Source: Candidatus Eiseniibacteriota bacterium (GTDB taxonomy: Bacteria > Eisenbacteria > RBG-16-71-46 > JABDJR01). Taken from it: a stretch of DNA of 64,000 bases. A program made the translations under genes and the position numbers. Positions within the stretch are counted from its first letter, which is position 1. Every line of letters starts with the position of its first letter. The notes under the pieces were generated by a model. It was not told the DNA's origin and ran no database searches. It worked only from the letters and a program-made list of their open reading frames with translations. The stretch is from contig CAWANH010000028.1 in NCBI GenBank assembly GCA_963783375.1, positions 1,216,001 to 1,280,000 of the forward strand. Direction: 5' to 3'. Below, one piece after another: positions 52,735-63,420 of the stretch.

Positions 52735-54557
52735 GGTTCCTCCCGGCGCCGGACGGGCCGGTCGGAGGCCCGGAGGATCCGCTTCCGAAGCCGGAGCGAC
52801 TTGGGAGTCACCTCCAGCAGCTCGTCCTCGGCGATGAACTCCAGGCACTGCTCCAGGGACATCACCCGCGGGGGGACGAGCTTGGTGGTGATCTCCGAGG
52901 TGGAGGAGCGCATGTTGGTGAGCTTCTTCTCCTTCACCACGTTCACGTTCATGTCGTCGTCCCGGGAGTTCTCTCCCACGATCATCCCCTCGTAGACCGG
53001 GAGGGTGGGGGCGGCGAAGATCTCCCCCCGGGCCTGGAGGTGCTCCACCGCGTAGGCGGTCACCGCCCCCGAGCGGTCGGCCACCAGGGCGCCGGTGGTG
53101 CGGTGCGGGATCTCACCCGCCCACGGCCGGTAGCCGATGAAGAGATGGTTCATGATCCCGGTCCCCCGGGTGTCGGTCAAGAACTCGCTCCGGTAGCCGA
53201 TGAGGCCCCGCGAGGGAATCTCGAACTCCAGCCGCACCCGTCCCGTTCCGTGGTTCACCATCTTCATCATCCGGCCGCGGCGCATGTTCAGCTTCTGGGT
53301 CACCGCCCCGACGTAGCCCTCGGGAACGTCCACCACCACGTTCTCCTGGGGCTCCTCGATCCGGCCGTCCACCTGGTGGGTGATGACCTGGGGCTTGCCG
53401 ACCCCCATCTCGTACCCCTCGCGGCGCATGGTCTCGATGAGGATCGCGAGCTGCAGCTCCCCCCGCCCCGACACCTTGAACGCGTCGGGGGTCTCGCCCG
53501 GCTCCAGGCGCAGGGCCACGTTTCGCTCCACCTCGCGCTCCAGCCGGTCCTTCAGGTGCCGGGAGGTGAGGTAGGTCCCGTCCCGTCCCGAGAACGGCGA
53601 ATCGTTCACGTAGAACACCATGGAGATGGTCGGCTCGTCCACGGTGATGGGGGGGAGCGGCGAGGGGCGTTCGGGGTCGGAGATCGTCTCGCCGATGTCG
53701 ATGGCGTCCAGCCCGGCCACGGCCACCAGATCGCCCGGCGAACCCTCGGCGAGTTCCACCCGCTTGAGCCCCTGGAAGCCGAAGAGCTTGGTGATCTGGC
53801 CCCGGGTCACGCTCCCGTCCCGGTGGCAAACCGAGACCATCTGCCGGTTCCGGATCTTTCCCTGCACCACCCGGCCGAAGGCGATCCGGCCCACGTAGTC
53901 GTCGTAGTCGTAGCTGGCGATCAGGACCTGGAGCGGGCCCTCGTCGTCCCCGGTGGGGGCGGGGATCACGTCCACGATGGTCTTGAACAGGGGCTCCAGG
54001 TCCTCCTGCGGATCGGTCATGCTCAACGCGCAGGTGCCGGCCCGGGCCACGGCGTAGAGCACCGGGAACTCGATCTGGTGCTCGTCGGCTTCGAGATCGA
54101 TGTAGAGGTCGTAGATCTCGTTCAGGACCTCGGCCGGCCGGGCGTCCTTGCGGTCGATCTTGTTCACCACCACGATCGACGGCAGTCCCAGCTCCAGGGC
54201 CTTCAGGAGCACGAACCGGGTCTGGGGGAGCGGCCCTTCCGAGGCGTCGACCAGGAGGAGGACCCCGTCCACCAGCTTCAGGATCCGCTCCACCTCGCCG
54301 CCGAAGTCGGCGTGGCCGGGGGTGTCCAGGATGTTGATCCGCGTCCCGCCGTGCACCACCGCCGTGTTCTTGGCCATGATGGTGATGCCCTTTTCCCGTT
54401 CCAGATCGATGGAGTCCATGACCCGGTCCACGACCTCCTGGTTCTCGCGGAACACGCCGCTCTGCCAGAGCATGGCGTCCACCAGGGTGGTCTTGCCGTG
54501 GTCCACGTGGGCCACGATGGCGATGTTGCGCAGGTCGCGTCGGACCACTTGGGTCAT
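52731..54557 (-). CDS. typA: Translational GTPase TypA/BipA
   Basis: [45 protein letters not shown]. Confidence 0.97.
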   Translation of the reverse strand: MTQVVRRDLRNIAIVAHVDHGKTTLVDAMLWQSGVFRENQEVVDRVMDSIDLEREKGITIMAKNTAVVHGGTRINILDTPGHADFGGEVERILKLVDGVLLLVDASEGPLPQTRFVLLKALELGLPSIVVVNKIDRKDARPAEVLNEIYDLYIDLEADEHQIEFPVLYAVARAGTCALSMTDPQEDLEPLFKTIVDVIPAPTGDDEGPLQVLIASYDYDDYVGRIAFGRVVQGKIRNRQMVSVCHRDGSVTRGQITKLFGFQGLKRVELAEGSPGDLVAVAGLDAIDIGETISDPERPSPLPPITVDEPTISMVFYVNDSPFSGRDGTYLTSRHLKDRLEREVERNVALRLEPGETPDAFKVSGRGELQLAILIETMRREGYEMGVGKPQVITHQVDGRIEEPQENVVVDVPEGYVGAVTQKLNMRRGRMMKMVNHGTGRVRLEFEIPSRGLIGYRSEFLTDTRGTGIMNHLFIGYRPWAGEIPHRTTGALVADRSGAVTAYAVEHLQARGEIFAAPTLPVYEGMIVGENSRDDDMNVNVVKEKKLTNMRSSTSEITTKLVPPRVMSLEQCLEFIAEDELLEVTPKSLRLRKRILRASDRPVRRREEP

Positions 54558-54862
54558 GGGCGTACCGATGCCTCCGAACCGGCGATCCGGACCGGACCGG
54601 GAGGGTCCGGCGGGTCGTCGGGAAAAGACGGGATCCCCGGGGGGGCGCGCCGGTCCAGGGACCAGGTGCGCGTCCGGGGGGCGGCCCTCCCTCTACGGGA
54701 AATCGGGCCGAAAAAACCGGGGTAGGCTAAATCAAAGCCGATCAAAGGACGCCCAAGGCTAACAGGCGCCGGCCGGGAGCACAAGCCCGGAAGCGCCGGC
54801 CCCGGACGGCTCCGGGACCGGCGCCGGATGGGTCCGCCCGGCGGACGTGCCGGTCCGGGGGC

Positions 54863-55300
54863 TCAGAGATCGGCCAGGACCTCGGCGGGGTGGACCTGGA
54901 CGTCCACCTTGGCGTAGGCCTTGGCGATCGTCCCCTCGGGATCGATCAGGTAGGTGATACGATCCGCGTTGGCTTGGTCGGGATCGTGGGCGGCTTGGTA
55001 GGCCAGACCGATCTCGCGATCGGGGTCGGAGAGCAGGAGGAAGGGGAAATCGAACTTCTTCGCGAACGCCCGGTTCTCCTCCACGGTGTCGAAACTGATC
55101 CCGAGAATCACCGCGTTCTTGGACTCGAAGTCTCGGATTCCGTCCCGGAACCCGTTGCCTTCAATCGTTCACCCGGGAGTGTCGGCCTTGGGGTAGAACC
55201 AGAGAACCACGTGCTTGCCGGTGAAATCGGAGAGCGAAACCTCTTCGCCGGTGTGGGCCTTCGCGGTGAACCGCGGCGCCTTGTCGCCGACCTTGAGCAT
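54863..55300 (-). CDS. Selenocysteine-containing peroxiredoxin (BCP/PrxQ type), 145 aa, Sec44
   Basis: ORFs ending at 55169 and starting at 55111 share one frame across TGA 55171-55169: [19 protein letters not shown]; GAGGAG RBS; SECIS-like hairpin directly downstream. Confidence 0.88.
55127..55162 (-). promoter_or_regulatory. Putative bacterial SECIS element
   Basis: mRNA GAAG-gcaa-CGGGUUCCG-GGA-CGGAAUCCG-aga-CUUC; apical loop starts 23 nt after the UGA and begins with G. Confidence 0.7.
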
Positions 55301-55429
55301 GAGCAACTCCTCTTGGATCGTCGCCGCGACCGGGCCGAAGCCGTGTGCTTCGCCCCCGCGCGGCGTTCCTGTCGCCGTAGCGCGGAAACCACGAGTTGCG
55401 CTTCCGCGCCGCGTTTCTTCCAGGATACC

Positions 55430-56389
55430 ATGGGGGCGGGCCGGCTCTCCAAACGCGGGGCGGCGCTTCTGGCCGCATGCCTGCTCCTCGCGTTCCCGTC
55501 TTCCGGAGCCGGGACTCCTCTTCGCGGCGCCTCGATCCCCTCCGAGGCCTCGGCGTCCGCGGAACAGGCCCCGGAGTTCAGCCGGGCCGCCGATCCCCCG
55601 TCGGCGACGTTGCTCACCCCCGCGATCTGGATCCCGGTGGCCCCGGGGATCGAGTTCGCCCGGGTCGAGGCGCTCCGGGTCCCCCACGCCGGGAGCGCGG
55701 GGATCGCCGTGGTGCGCCTGGATCCCGCCCGGGTGCGGATCGAGCCCTACCACGAGGCCGAGTACCCCGGCGCCGTGCCGGTCACCATCGACGGGTGGCA
55801 GAAGCGGCTGGAGGCCCCGGTGGTGGTGAACGCCGGTCTCTACGACGAGTCACGGCGGCACCTGGGGCGGCTCCGGCGGGCCGGAACCGATCTCGGCGGG
55901 ATCCCGCACAAGCGGTGGAACGGGGTCCTGGCCTCGGGGGCCCGGACCGACTCGCTCCCCCCCGCGGCCCTTCTGGATCTGTCCCAGCCCGGGGACTCCA
56001 CCCGGATGGCCGGCTACGCAAACCTCGTTCAGTCCATGATGCTCTTCGATGTGAGAGGAAAGACCCGGGTCCGGGAGAGCGATCGCACCGCGCCCCGCAC
56101 CCTGGTGGCGGCGGACGGCGACGGGGGGATCTACCTGGTGGTCACCGAGGGCGCCTACACCCTGACCGCATGCGTGGATCTGCTTCGTTCGGCGGGATGG
56201 GGGCTTCGCGCCGCCCTGGCCCTGGACGGCGGGAGCGAGGCCAACCTCGCCGTGGAGAGCCCGGCCATCCGCTACCGCTCCTACGCGGGAGTCGAGGGGC
56301 AGAATCCCGCGGAAGGGCTCTTCCGGGCGGGGGGGCGGCTCCCCGCGGTGGTGGCGGTGTGGCCGGTAGGAACGGACGACGGGTCGTAG
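55430..56389 (+). CDS. Phosphodiester glycosidase (NAGPA-like) family protein
   Basis: Signal peptide; [22 protein letters not shown]. Confidence 0.8.
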   Translation: MGAGRLSKRGAALLAACLLLAFPSSGAGTPLRGASIPSEASASAEQAPEFSRAADPPSATLLTPAIWIPVAPGIEFARVEALRVPHAGSAGIAVVRLDPARVRIEPYHEAEYPGAVPVTIDGWQKRLEAPVVVNAGLYDESRRHLGRLRRAGTDLGGIPHKRWNGVLASGARTDSLPPAALLDLSQPGDSTRMAGYANLVQSMMLFDVRGKTRVRESDRTAPRTLVAADGDGGIYLVVTEGAYTLTACVDLLRSAGWGLRAALALDGGSEANLAVESPAIRYRSYAGVEGQNPAEGLFRAGGRLPAVVAVWPVGTDDGS

Positions 56390-56693
56390 CCTTGCCTATC
56401 TGCGGGTTTCCGCCGCGGCCCGTGTTGACCCGCGTCGCCGCGGTTTGTTACAACTGGAAGTGGACGAAATCAATTGCCGCGCATCGCGGCCCTCGTGCAT
56501 TTTGCCTGGACGTCGCCGGGGGCGTCGACCCATCGGATAAACCCTTGGCCTCCCACCGTAGGCGGATCCACCGGCTGGCGGAGGACCACCGTTCACCGTC
56601 GAACTCCCGGGACCATTTTCCGCTCCCGATCCGGTACGGGTTCCCGCGGCGGGGCAAAGCGTGCCCTCGCGACGTCCGGAAAGGAAGGACCAC

Positions 56694-56911
56694 ATGATTA
56701 CCCACACCCGGTGCATACCCGCAACGAACACTACGACCTGGTGAGCGTCCTCTACCACTCGCTCCGGAGCGCCAGCTCCTGCGAGCGCTACGTCCGGGAC
56801 GCCAGGAAGTCCGACGATCGGGAGTTCGCCCAGTTCTTCGACGAACCGGGCGAGACCGACCGCCGTCGGGCAGACCGCGCAATGGAGATGCTCTCCACGC
56901 GCCGGAGCTGA
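56694..56911 (+). pseudogene. Small stress-associated helical protein with its RBS/ATG out of frame (frameshift or degraded)
   Basis: TRNEHYDLVSVLYHSL...YVRDA...DREFAQFF motif; the ATG at 56694 behind GGAAAGGAAGG is in a different frame. Confidence 0.5.
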
Positions 56912-57054
56912 CCGGCGGCCGGGATCGGGGGACGGCCGTCGCGGCGTCCCACCGTTTCCGGTCCGTGCGAATTTCCGGTATCCCGGGCGGGCTGGAGCGT
57001 CCGCGCGTCCGGGGCCGGCTGAGACCGAATATCAGAGACGAGGAGGAACTGATC

Positions 57055-57627
57055 ATGGCCGATAAACTCAAGGATCGACACATCGCGATGCTGGTGGACA
57101 ACGGGTTCGAGGAAGAGGAGCTGACTCGTCCGAAGCAGGCGCTGGAGGAGAACGGCGCCCGGGTGGACATCGTGTCCCCGGCGGACGATCGCGTCCGGGC
57201 CTGGAAGCACACCGACTGGGGGGACGAGTTCCCGGTGGACCGGCCGCTCTCCCGGGCGCGCCCCGACGACTACGACGCCCTGGTGCTTCCCGGCGGCGTC
57301 ATGAACGGCGACCACCTGCGCCGGAACGAGCGGGCGCTGACCTTCGTGCGGGGGTTCTTCGAGGAGCACAAGCCGGTCGCCGCCATCTGCCACGCCCCCT
57401 GGACCCTGATCGACGCCGGGGTGGTCAAGGGGCGGCGGATGACGTCCTACCACACCCTCCAGACCGATCTCAGGAACGCGGGGGCGGACTGGGTCGACGA
57501 GGAGGTGGTGACCGACCAGGGCCTGGTCACGAGCCGGAACCCCGGAGACATCCCGGCCTTCAACCGGAAGACGATCGAGGAGATCGCCGAGGGGAAGCAC
57601 GCGCGGCAGACCGTGCCGGACCGGTAA
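57055..57627 (+). CDS. PfpI/DJ-1 family type 1 glutamine amidotransferase-like protein
   Basis: GFEEEEL, LPGG, AICHAPW, VTSRNPGD. Confidence 0.93.
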   Translation: MADKLKDRHIAMLVDNGFEEEELTRPKQALEENGARVDIVSPADDRVRAWKHTDWGDEFPVDRPLSRARPDDYDALVLPGGVMNGDHLRRNERALTFVRGFFEEHKPVAAICHAPWTLIDAGVVKGRRMTSYHTLQTDLRNAGADWVDEEVVTDQGLVTSRNPGDIPAFNRKTIEEIAEGKHARQTVPDR

Positions 57628-57690
57628 TTCCGGTTGATCCGGCGCACCGAAGTCGGCCCGGAACGTGGGGCCGGCTCCGGTGCGGCTTGG

Positions 57691-59118
57691 TCATTTCGGC
57701 CCGAAGCGCTCCAGGATCCAGGACTGCATCTTGTCCAGGGGGGCGTCGTTGAAGGTTTCCTCGTTGGTGTAGTACTCGCTCACCGCCCCGGTCTCCGCGG
57801 TCTGGAAGAGGTGGTTGAGCTTGGGGTACACCCGCACGGTGACGTCGTGGTTGCCGGCCTGCTTCAGCGCCTCTTCGAGCTCGGACACACTCTGGTCCGG
57901 CGGCACCTGGAGGTCCTTTTCCCCGTAGAGGGCGAGGACCGGCACCGTGACCTTGGCCAGGGTGGGCCGGGGGTCGTAGGTGATGAAGAAGCGCATCCAG
58001 GGGCTCATGACGCTCCGGGTCTGGCCGTCGACCAGGGTGTCCAGGTTCTTCTCCAGGTTGTCCCGCTCCGCGGGAGGCAGGGACTTCATCTGCTCCCCGA
58101 CCACGGTCCGGACCATGTCCCGGACCTCGGCGGTGTCGGCCCCGGCGGCGACGAGGCCGGTGAGCTTCCGGTTCTCGGCCGCCCGCTCCTTCGCCTCCTC
58201 CTTGCTCGCGCCTCCCGCCCGGGCCAGGAGCTCGTTCTGGGCGGCCAGGACGTCGGCCCCGGGCACCGCCGGGCCGGCCAGAAGGATGATGAAGGCCACG
58301 TCGGGATCCTCGGCGGCGACCATCGGAGCGATGAGTCCGCCCTCGCTGTGACCGGCCAGGCCGATGGCGTCGCCCCGGATCTCCGGTCGACCCTCGAGGT
58401 ACGCCACCCCGGCCTCGACGTCCTTGGCGAAGTCGGCGCTGGTGGCCCCGGCCACGTCCCCCTTGGAGCCCCCCACCCCGCGGTCGTCCGCCCGGAGCAC
58501 CGCGATTCCGTGCCGGGAGAGGCGGTCGGCGATCACCCGGAACGGTTTGTGCTCGAACACGGTCTCGTCCCGGTCCTGGGGGCCGCTTCCGCTGATCAGC
58601 AACACGGCGGGAAAGGGGCCGTCGCCCTCGGGAAGGGTGAGGGTGCCGGCCAGGACCACGTCGCCGTTCGTATAGGTGACGTCTTCGGAGGCGTAGGGAA
58701 AGGGAGGCTTGGGGGTCTGGGGCCGCTTGGGCTCGGCCGAGGTCTCCCGCCCCAGATGGAAGGGGAACTCGGCTCCGTTCTGGGAGAACGTCCCCTCGAT
58801 CTGCCCGAACTGAAGCGCGCCGTCGAAGGTGGGCTTGCCGGGAACGCCCTTGAGGGAGAAGTGAACCTTTCCTCCCTCCACCGAGATCTCGTCGAGCGCG
58901 AGCCCCTTTGCACCTTGCAGGGGAATGTCGATGGTACCGGTCCACGTCCCGCCGTCGTTCGCGAGATCCACCTTCACCCCCAGGGGTCCGGTGGGGATCT
59001 GGATCGCCCCCTCCCAGTGGCCGCTCAGTTCCTCGTCCGCGCCCCGGGCGGCGCCCGCAAACCCCGCGGCCAGGAAACACGCCAGCACCACCGCGCCGCA
59101 CCACGCTCCCGTCTTCAT
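57691..59118 (-). CDS. Secreted alpha/beta hydrolase
   Basis: SGSGPQDRDE, DDRGVG, GHSEGG, GEKDLQV, LNHLFQ; start inferred from RBS spacing. Confidence 0.88.
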   Translation of the reverse strand: MKTGAWCGAVVLACFLAAGFAGAARGADEELSGHWEGAIQIPTGPLGVKVDLANDGGTWTGTIDIPLQGAKGLALDEISVEGGKVHFSLKGVPGKPTFDGALQFGQIEGTFSQNGAEFPFHLGRETSAEPKRPQTPKPPFPYASEDVTYTNGDVVLAGTLTLPEGDGPFPAVLLISGSGPQDRDETVFEHKPFRVIADRLSRHGIAVLRADDRGVGGSKGDVAGATSADFAKDVEAGVAYLEGRPEIRGDAIGLAGHSEGGLIAPMVAAEDPDVAFIILLAGPAVPGADVLAAQNELLARAGGASKEEAKERAAENRKLTGLVAAGADTAEVRDMVRTVVGEQMKSLPPAERDNLEKNLDTLVDGQTRSVMSPWMRFFITYDPRPTLAKVTVPVLALYGEKDLQVPPDQSVSELEEALKQAGNHDVTVRVYPKLNHLFQTAETGAVSEYYTNEETFNDAPLDKMQSWILERFGPK

Positions 59119-59182
59119 CCTGTGCATCCTCCTCATCGTCGTCATCATCATCGCGACCCCAGGTCCAACCATCCTCCCGATG

Positions 59183-60385
59183 CTACCCCCAGAGCCCGAC
59201 GCTGGCATAGCTCACCGTGCCGGTGTCGTCGGTGGCCTGCTCGTACCGGAGCACCTTGCCCTTCGCGCCGGGAAGGGCGGACAGGAGACCGTAGACCGGG
59301 CTCAGCCCGCAGACTCGGCGGGGATCCCCGCCGGCCATGATCGAAGCGTAGAACCCCGCCGGATCTCCGGCGGCGGCCCGGGCCAGGGTCTCACGGTCCT
59401 CCTTCTCCAGGTAGCTCAGTCCCTCGGGGTTCAGCGGGCCGGGATCCCCGAAGCGCAGGCCGATGTGGGCGAGATCCGCGCCGGCCACCACCACCGCGCG
59501 CTCCTCCCGCTCGGCCAGATACGCACGGAGCGCGGCAAGGAACCCGGAGTCGCTCGGAGTCTCGGATGCCGGGTCCCGAAGCGATCCGCAGAGCACCGGG
59601 ACCATCCTGAGGTCGCGTCCCTGTTCCCGGAGCGCGGCCAGAAAGAGCGCCTGGAACTCCACCGAGTGCTCGCGGCGGTGGAAATAGAGGTCATCCGGGG
59701 AGACCGACTCCGTCGCGCCCAGCCGCCGGCAGGCTTCGGCGTCCACCGGCACCGGCCCGAGAGGGGTCTCGAAGGGCTTGTCGAGGACGATCCAGGCCGG
59801 TCGCGGACAGGCGTGGGAGGTGCCCAGCACCACCACCGTGTCCACCGCCGGAGCCTCGGCCAGGAGGCGGTAGGCGAGGGCGGTGCACGGCCCGCCCACC
59901 CGGAGATCGATGTGGGGGGCCACCACCCCACGCAGGGTTCCCGCCGGCCGCTCCCCCGGCTCCTCCATGGATGCCGCCTGCTCCTCGAACCGGCGCACCG
60001 CCTGGCGAGCCTCCCCGGGATCGGCCGGGTAGCTCGTTCCGGCGTGGGCGGCGGGACGGGTCGGCGCGGCCAGGAAGGTCTCGTGGCTCGACAGCCGGCG
60101 CGCCTCGAAGGCCTGGGTCTCCAGCATCCCCGCCCCCTCCAGACGGTCGAGGAGCATCTGCACCTCTTCCGGCTTGGGGGGCTTCCCGTAACGCTTCTCG
60201 AACGCCTGGTGAAGCTGGCCGCGGTCGTGGTCGCCGTCACAGTGGGCGGCGACGAACAACGCCGGCTCGGAGAGGATCAGCTCGTCGTCGGTATAGCCCT
60301 CGGGATCGCGGAGCACGTAGTTCGAACCCTCCTCCTCGGGGACGTGGAGCACTTCGAGGGCGCGAAGGCGGGGGAGCTTGGTCAT
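59183..60385 (-). CDS. MEMO1 / AmmeMemoRadiSam system protein B with N-terminal extension
   Basis: HAGTSYP, APHID, LGTSH, EHSVEFQ, DLAHIG, RVCG, VSYAS. Confidence 0.88.
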   Translation of the reverse strand: MTKLPRLRALEVLHVPEEEGSNYVLRDPEGYTDDELILSEPALFVAAHCDGDHDRGQLHQAFEKRYGKPPKPEEVQMLLDRLEGAGMLETQAFEARRLSSHETFLAAPTRPAAHAGTSYPADPGEARQAVRRFEEQAASMEEPGERPAGTLRGVVAPHIDLRVGGPCTALAYRLLAEAPAVDTVVVLGTSHACPRPAWIVLDKPFETPLGPVPVDAEACRRLGATESVSPDDLYFHRREHSVEFQALFLAALREQGRDLRMVPVLCGSLRDPASETPSDSGFLAALRAYLAEREERAVVVAGADLAHIGLRFGDPGPLNPEGLSYLEKEDRETLARAAAGDPAGFYASIMAGGDPRRVCGLSPVYGLLSALPGAKGKVLRYEQATDDTGTVSYASVGLWG

Positions 60386-60590
60386 CGTGGCATCTCGGTT
60401 TCCGGGTACGGGTTGTCGTTTCCAGGGACCGCGGCGGCGGAACCTCCTTGGTCTTGGCAAAGCGCCCGCGAACAGCTTCAATGAGGTCTGCGGTTCCCGC
60501 TGCCGGCAGTTCACGAGCGCGTCGTGTCGGGAAAGCCGCAAAGACGCGAGTATAGTGCAGCCGCCTCGGCCGCACCATGGGGAGGTCGTC

Positions 60591-62309
60591 ATGGGGTCGT
60601 TTCTGAGATCGGTGCTGGCCACGCTGGTGGCGCTGGCGCTCCTGTTCCTGGTCTTTACCGGCTTCGTCTGGCTCAAGTGGGGTCGCGCCCCGGGCGTGGC
60701 GAGGGGATCGATCCTGGTCCAGAGCGTGGGCGGGGAGATGCCGGAGTACCCGATGGGTGGGGCGACCTCGGGGATCCTGGTCTCCGCCGCGCCCACGCTC
60801 CAGGGCATCCTCACCAACCTGGACAAGGCGGCGGTGGACGGGCGGATCCGGGGGGTGCTGATCACCCTCCAGAGCCCGGGGGCGGGGTACGGGAAGCTGG
60901 AGGAGGTCCGCGGGGGGATCGCCCGGGTGCGGGAGGCGGGGAAGCCGGTCTGGGCCTGGGCCGACATCCTGGACCTGAAATCGCTCTACGTGGCCTCGGC
61001 CTGCGATTCGCTGTTCCTCCTCCCCAACGCCTACGTGGAGATGGGCGGTATGTACTCCGGGCGCCTCTTCGTGAAGGATGCCCTGGGGAAGCTCGGGATC
61101 GACCCCCAGGTCCACCGCATCTCCCGCTTCAAGTCGGCGGCGGAGATGGTCACCCGGAACGACATGTCGGAGCCGGCCCGGGAGATGTCGCGATGGATCC
61201 TCGGGGACATCTACCCCCACGTGATCGGGGACATCGCCGGGGGCTTCTCGGTGGACACCCTGGCCGTGGACGCGGTGCTGGAGAAGACCCTCCTCCACAC
61301 CGACGAGCTGGTGGAGGCGGGGCTGGCCTCCGGGGCCCGGTGGTGGGACGAGATGAAGGCCGCCCTCCCCCGTCCCGGCGGGAAGGACGAGCCCGCCCTG
61401 GTCACCGGCGCGGACTACGCGCGGATCGATCCGGCCAAGGTGGGGCTCAAGGGAAAGAAGACGATCGCGGTGATCCATGCCGAGGGCTACATCGGCGGGG
61501 CGGAGAGCGGTTTCAACCCGGTTCTGGGCACGACCATGGGCCACCGGACGGTGAACCGGGACCTGAAGCGGGCCATGGACGACGACGACGTGGCGGCGAT
61601 CGTGTTCCGGATCGATTCCGGAGGGGGGTCGAGCCTGACCAGCGACCGGATCGGCCGGATGGTCGGGGTGGCGGCGGCCCGGAAGCCGGTGATCGTATCC
61701 ATGGCCGACGTGGCGGCCTCGGGGGGGTACTCCATCGCCTACCGGGCCACCACGTTGATCGCGGATGGGAACACCATCACCGGCTCCATCGGGAGCATCA
61801 CCGGGAAGTTCGTGATGAAGGGGCTCTACGACCGGCTCGGGGTGACCAAGGACGGGGTGGGGATCGGCCCCGACCCCGATTTCTACTCCGACGTCCGCCC
61901 CTGGACCCCGGAGGAAATGGAAAGGGTCGAGACCGCCCACTGGGGGGACTACGACCGCTGGATCGCGGACATCGCCGCCCACCGCGGGCTCACCCCGGCC
62001 GAGGTGGACTCGGTGGGCCGGGGACGGGTCTGGACCGGGCGGCAGGCGCTGGAGCGGAAGCTGGTGGACCGGCTCGGCGACCTCCACGCCGCGGTGGAGG
62101 CGGCCAAGGAAGCGGCCAAGATACCCGCCGACAAGAAGGTGACCGTGGTCCACTACCCCCAACCGTCGGGGCTGGCGGCGCAGATCTTCGGGGCCCCGCT
62201 CGGGACCGCGATGGAGCGGTGGGCGGCCGGCTGGGTGAGGGCGCAGGGGGAGGAGACGGAGCGGCTCACCCGCGGGGAGGTCGAGGTGATCGGGGTGCCG
62301 GTGCCCTGA
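60591..62309 (+). CDS. sppA: Signal peptide peptidase SppA (long form)
   Basis: FKSAAE, RIDSGGGS, AASGGY, TGSIG, GRVWTGRQA. Confidence 0.92.
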   Translation: MGSFLRSVLATLVALALLFLVFTGFVWLKWGRAPGVARGSILVQSVGGEMPEYPMGGATSGILVSAAPTLQGILTNLDKAAVDGRIRGVLITLQSPGAGYGKLEEVRGGIARVREAGKPVWAWADILDLKSLYVASACDSLFLLPNAYVEMGGMYSGRLFVKDALGKLGIDPQVHRISRFKSAAEMVTRNDMSEPAREMSRWILGDIYPHVIGDIAGGFSVDTLAVDAVLEKTLLHTDELVEAGLASGARWWDEMKAALPRPGGKDEPALVTGADYARIDPAKVGLKGKKTIAVIHAEGYIGGAESGFNPVLGTTMGHRTVNRDLKRAMDDDDVAAIVFRIDSGGGSSLTSDRIGRMVGVAAARKPVIVSMADVAASGGYSIAYRATTLIADGNTITGSIGSITGKFVMKGLYDRLGVTKDGVGIGPDPDFYSDVRPWTPEEMERVETAHWGDYDRWIADIAAHRGLTPAEVDSVGRGRVWTGRQALERKLVDRLGDLHAAVEAAKEAAKIPADKKVTVVHYPQPSGLAAQIFGAPLGTAMERWAAGWVRAQGEETERLTRGEVEVIGVPVP

Positions 62310-62344
62310 ACCGGGCGCTCAACCGAGGATCCCGCCGCCTCGGG

Positions 62345-63178
62345 TCAGAGCCCCTTCTTCCGGGCCTGGCGCACGTGGTCGATGAGCTTCACCGACTCCC
62401 AGGTGCGGGCGCGCTTGGTGGGGGCACCGAGCACCACGGTGATGAACTCGCCGCCGGAGTCGCTGACCGCCTCCACCATGCAGTACCCGGCCTCGTCGAT
62501 ATAGCCGGTCTTGGCGGCCAGGATTTCATGCCGCGCGCGCAGGAGCCGCGAGGAGTGGACGATGGTGCGGGGGCCGCGGCGGGTCTTCAGCTCGAACTGA
62601 CGGGTCCCCAGGTACTCGCGAAGAATCGGCTCCTGGAGCGCAGCGGTGAACAGGAGCGCCACCTCACGGGCAGTGGAGACGTTCCGCTCATCCAGTCCCG
62701 TCGGCTCCACGAAGACGGAATTCCGGCAGCCCAACCCGTGGGCGGTCTCCTGCATCAGGTAGCCGTAGGCCTCGTAGGTGAGGCCGAACGGATGGGACAA
62801 CGCCCGGGCCGCGCAGTTGTCCGAACACACCAGAGCCAGCTTCAGGAGGGTGCGGGCGGGGATCCGGTCCCCGATCCGTAGCCGGGTGCGCCCCACTCCG
62901 GTCCAGTCCTCCCGGGTAATGGTGATCGGGGCGTCGAGGTCCCCGTTCAGGCGGATGAAGGTCAGGGCGGCGGCGAGCTTGGTGAGGCTGGCCACCGGGA
63001 CCCGGGTGTCGATCGACTGGGAATAGAGCCATTCCCCCGAGGCGGGGTCGTAAGCTCCGGCATTGTGGGCCCGAACCGAAAACGCGGCCGCCTCGCGGGG
63101 AGCCTCGAGCGTTCCCCCGAACGCCGTCAGAGCGGCGAAGGCGACCACGATCCAGGTTCGCTGCGATGCCCTCCACAT
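62345..63178 (-). CDS. Peptidase S11 (D-Ala-D-Ala carboxy/endopeptidase, PbpG-like)
   Basis: SLTK (SxxK), SDN, KTG; signal peptide. Confidence 0.9.
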   Translation of the reverse strand: MWRASQRTWIVVAFAALTAFGGTLEAPREAAAFSVRAHNAGAYDPASGEWLYSQSIDTRVPVASLTKLAAALTFIRLNGDLDAPITITREDWTGVGRTRLRIGDRIPARTLLKLALVCSDNCAARALSHPFGLTYEAYGYLMQETAHGLGCRNSVFVEPTGLDERNVSTAREVALLFTAALQEPILREYLGTRQFELKTRRGPRTIVHSSRLLRARHEILAAKTGYIDEAGYCMVEAVSDSGGEFITVVLGAPTKRARTWESVKLIDHVRQARKKGL

Positions 63179-63420
63179 ACGCGAGAACCTCGATGGTGGT
63201 GTGGGTCGAGTGTCGACGGACCGGGACCTGGTGTCCGAAATAGATCGGCCCCGGCGCGGACGAACTGAAGGTACGGGGTCGGAAGCCGCTGCGGCAATGG
63301 AAAATGCCGCCTGGGAGCCCCTCAGGCGATCAAGAGGGGGCGGCGGACCGTCCCGCCGCCCCCGAGAGGCCGGTCAGGGCGCGCTCCGCCCGGAGGCGAG
63401 GCGGCCGGCGGCCTGGAACG

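Noticed and set aside
54558-54862. GC-rich inverted repeats between typA and the peroxiredoxin as an ncRNA or MITE
   Set aside because: No recognisable RNA family or terminal repeats with target duplication; hairpins are expected at this GC content
55169-55171. Treating the peroxiredoxin TGA as a nonsense mutation (pseudogene) or as genome-wide UGA recoding
   Set aside because: It falls exactly on the catalytic residue with a SECIS-like hairpin behind it, and many other genes here use TGA as a normal stop
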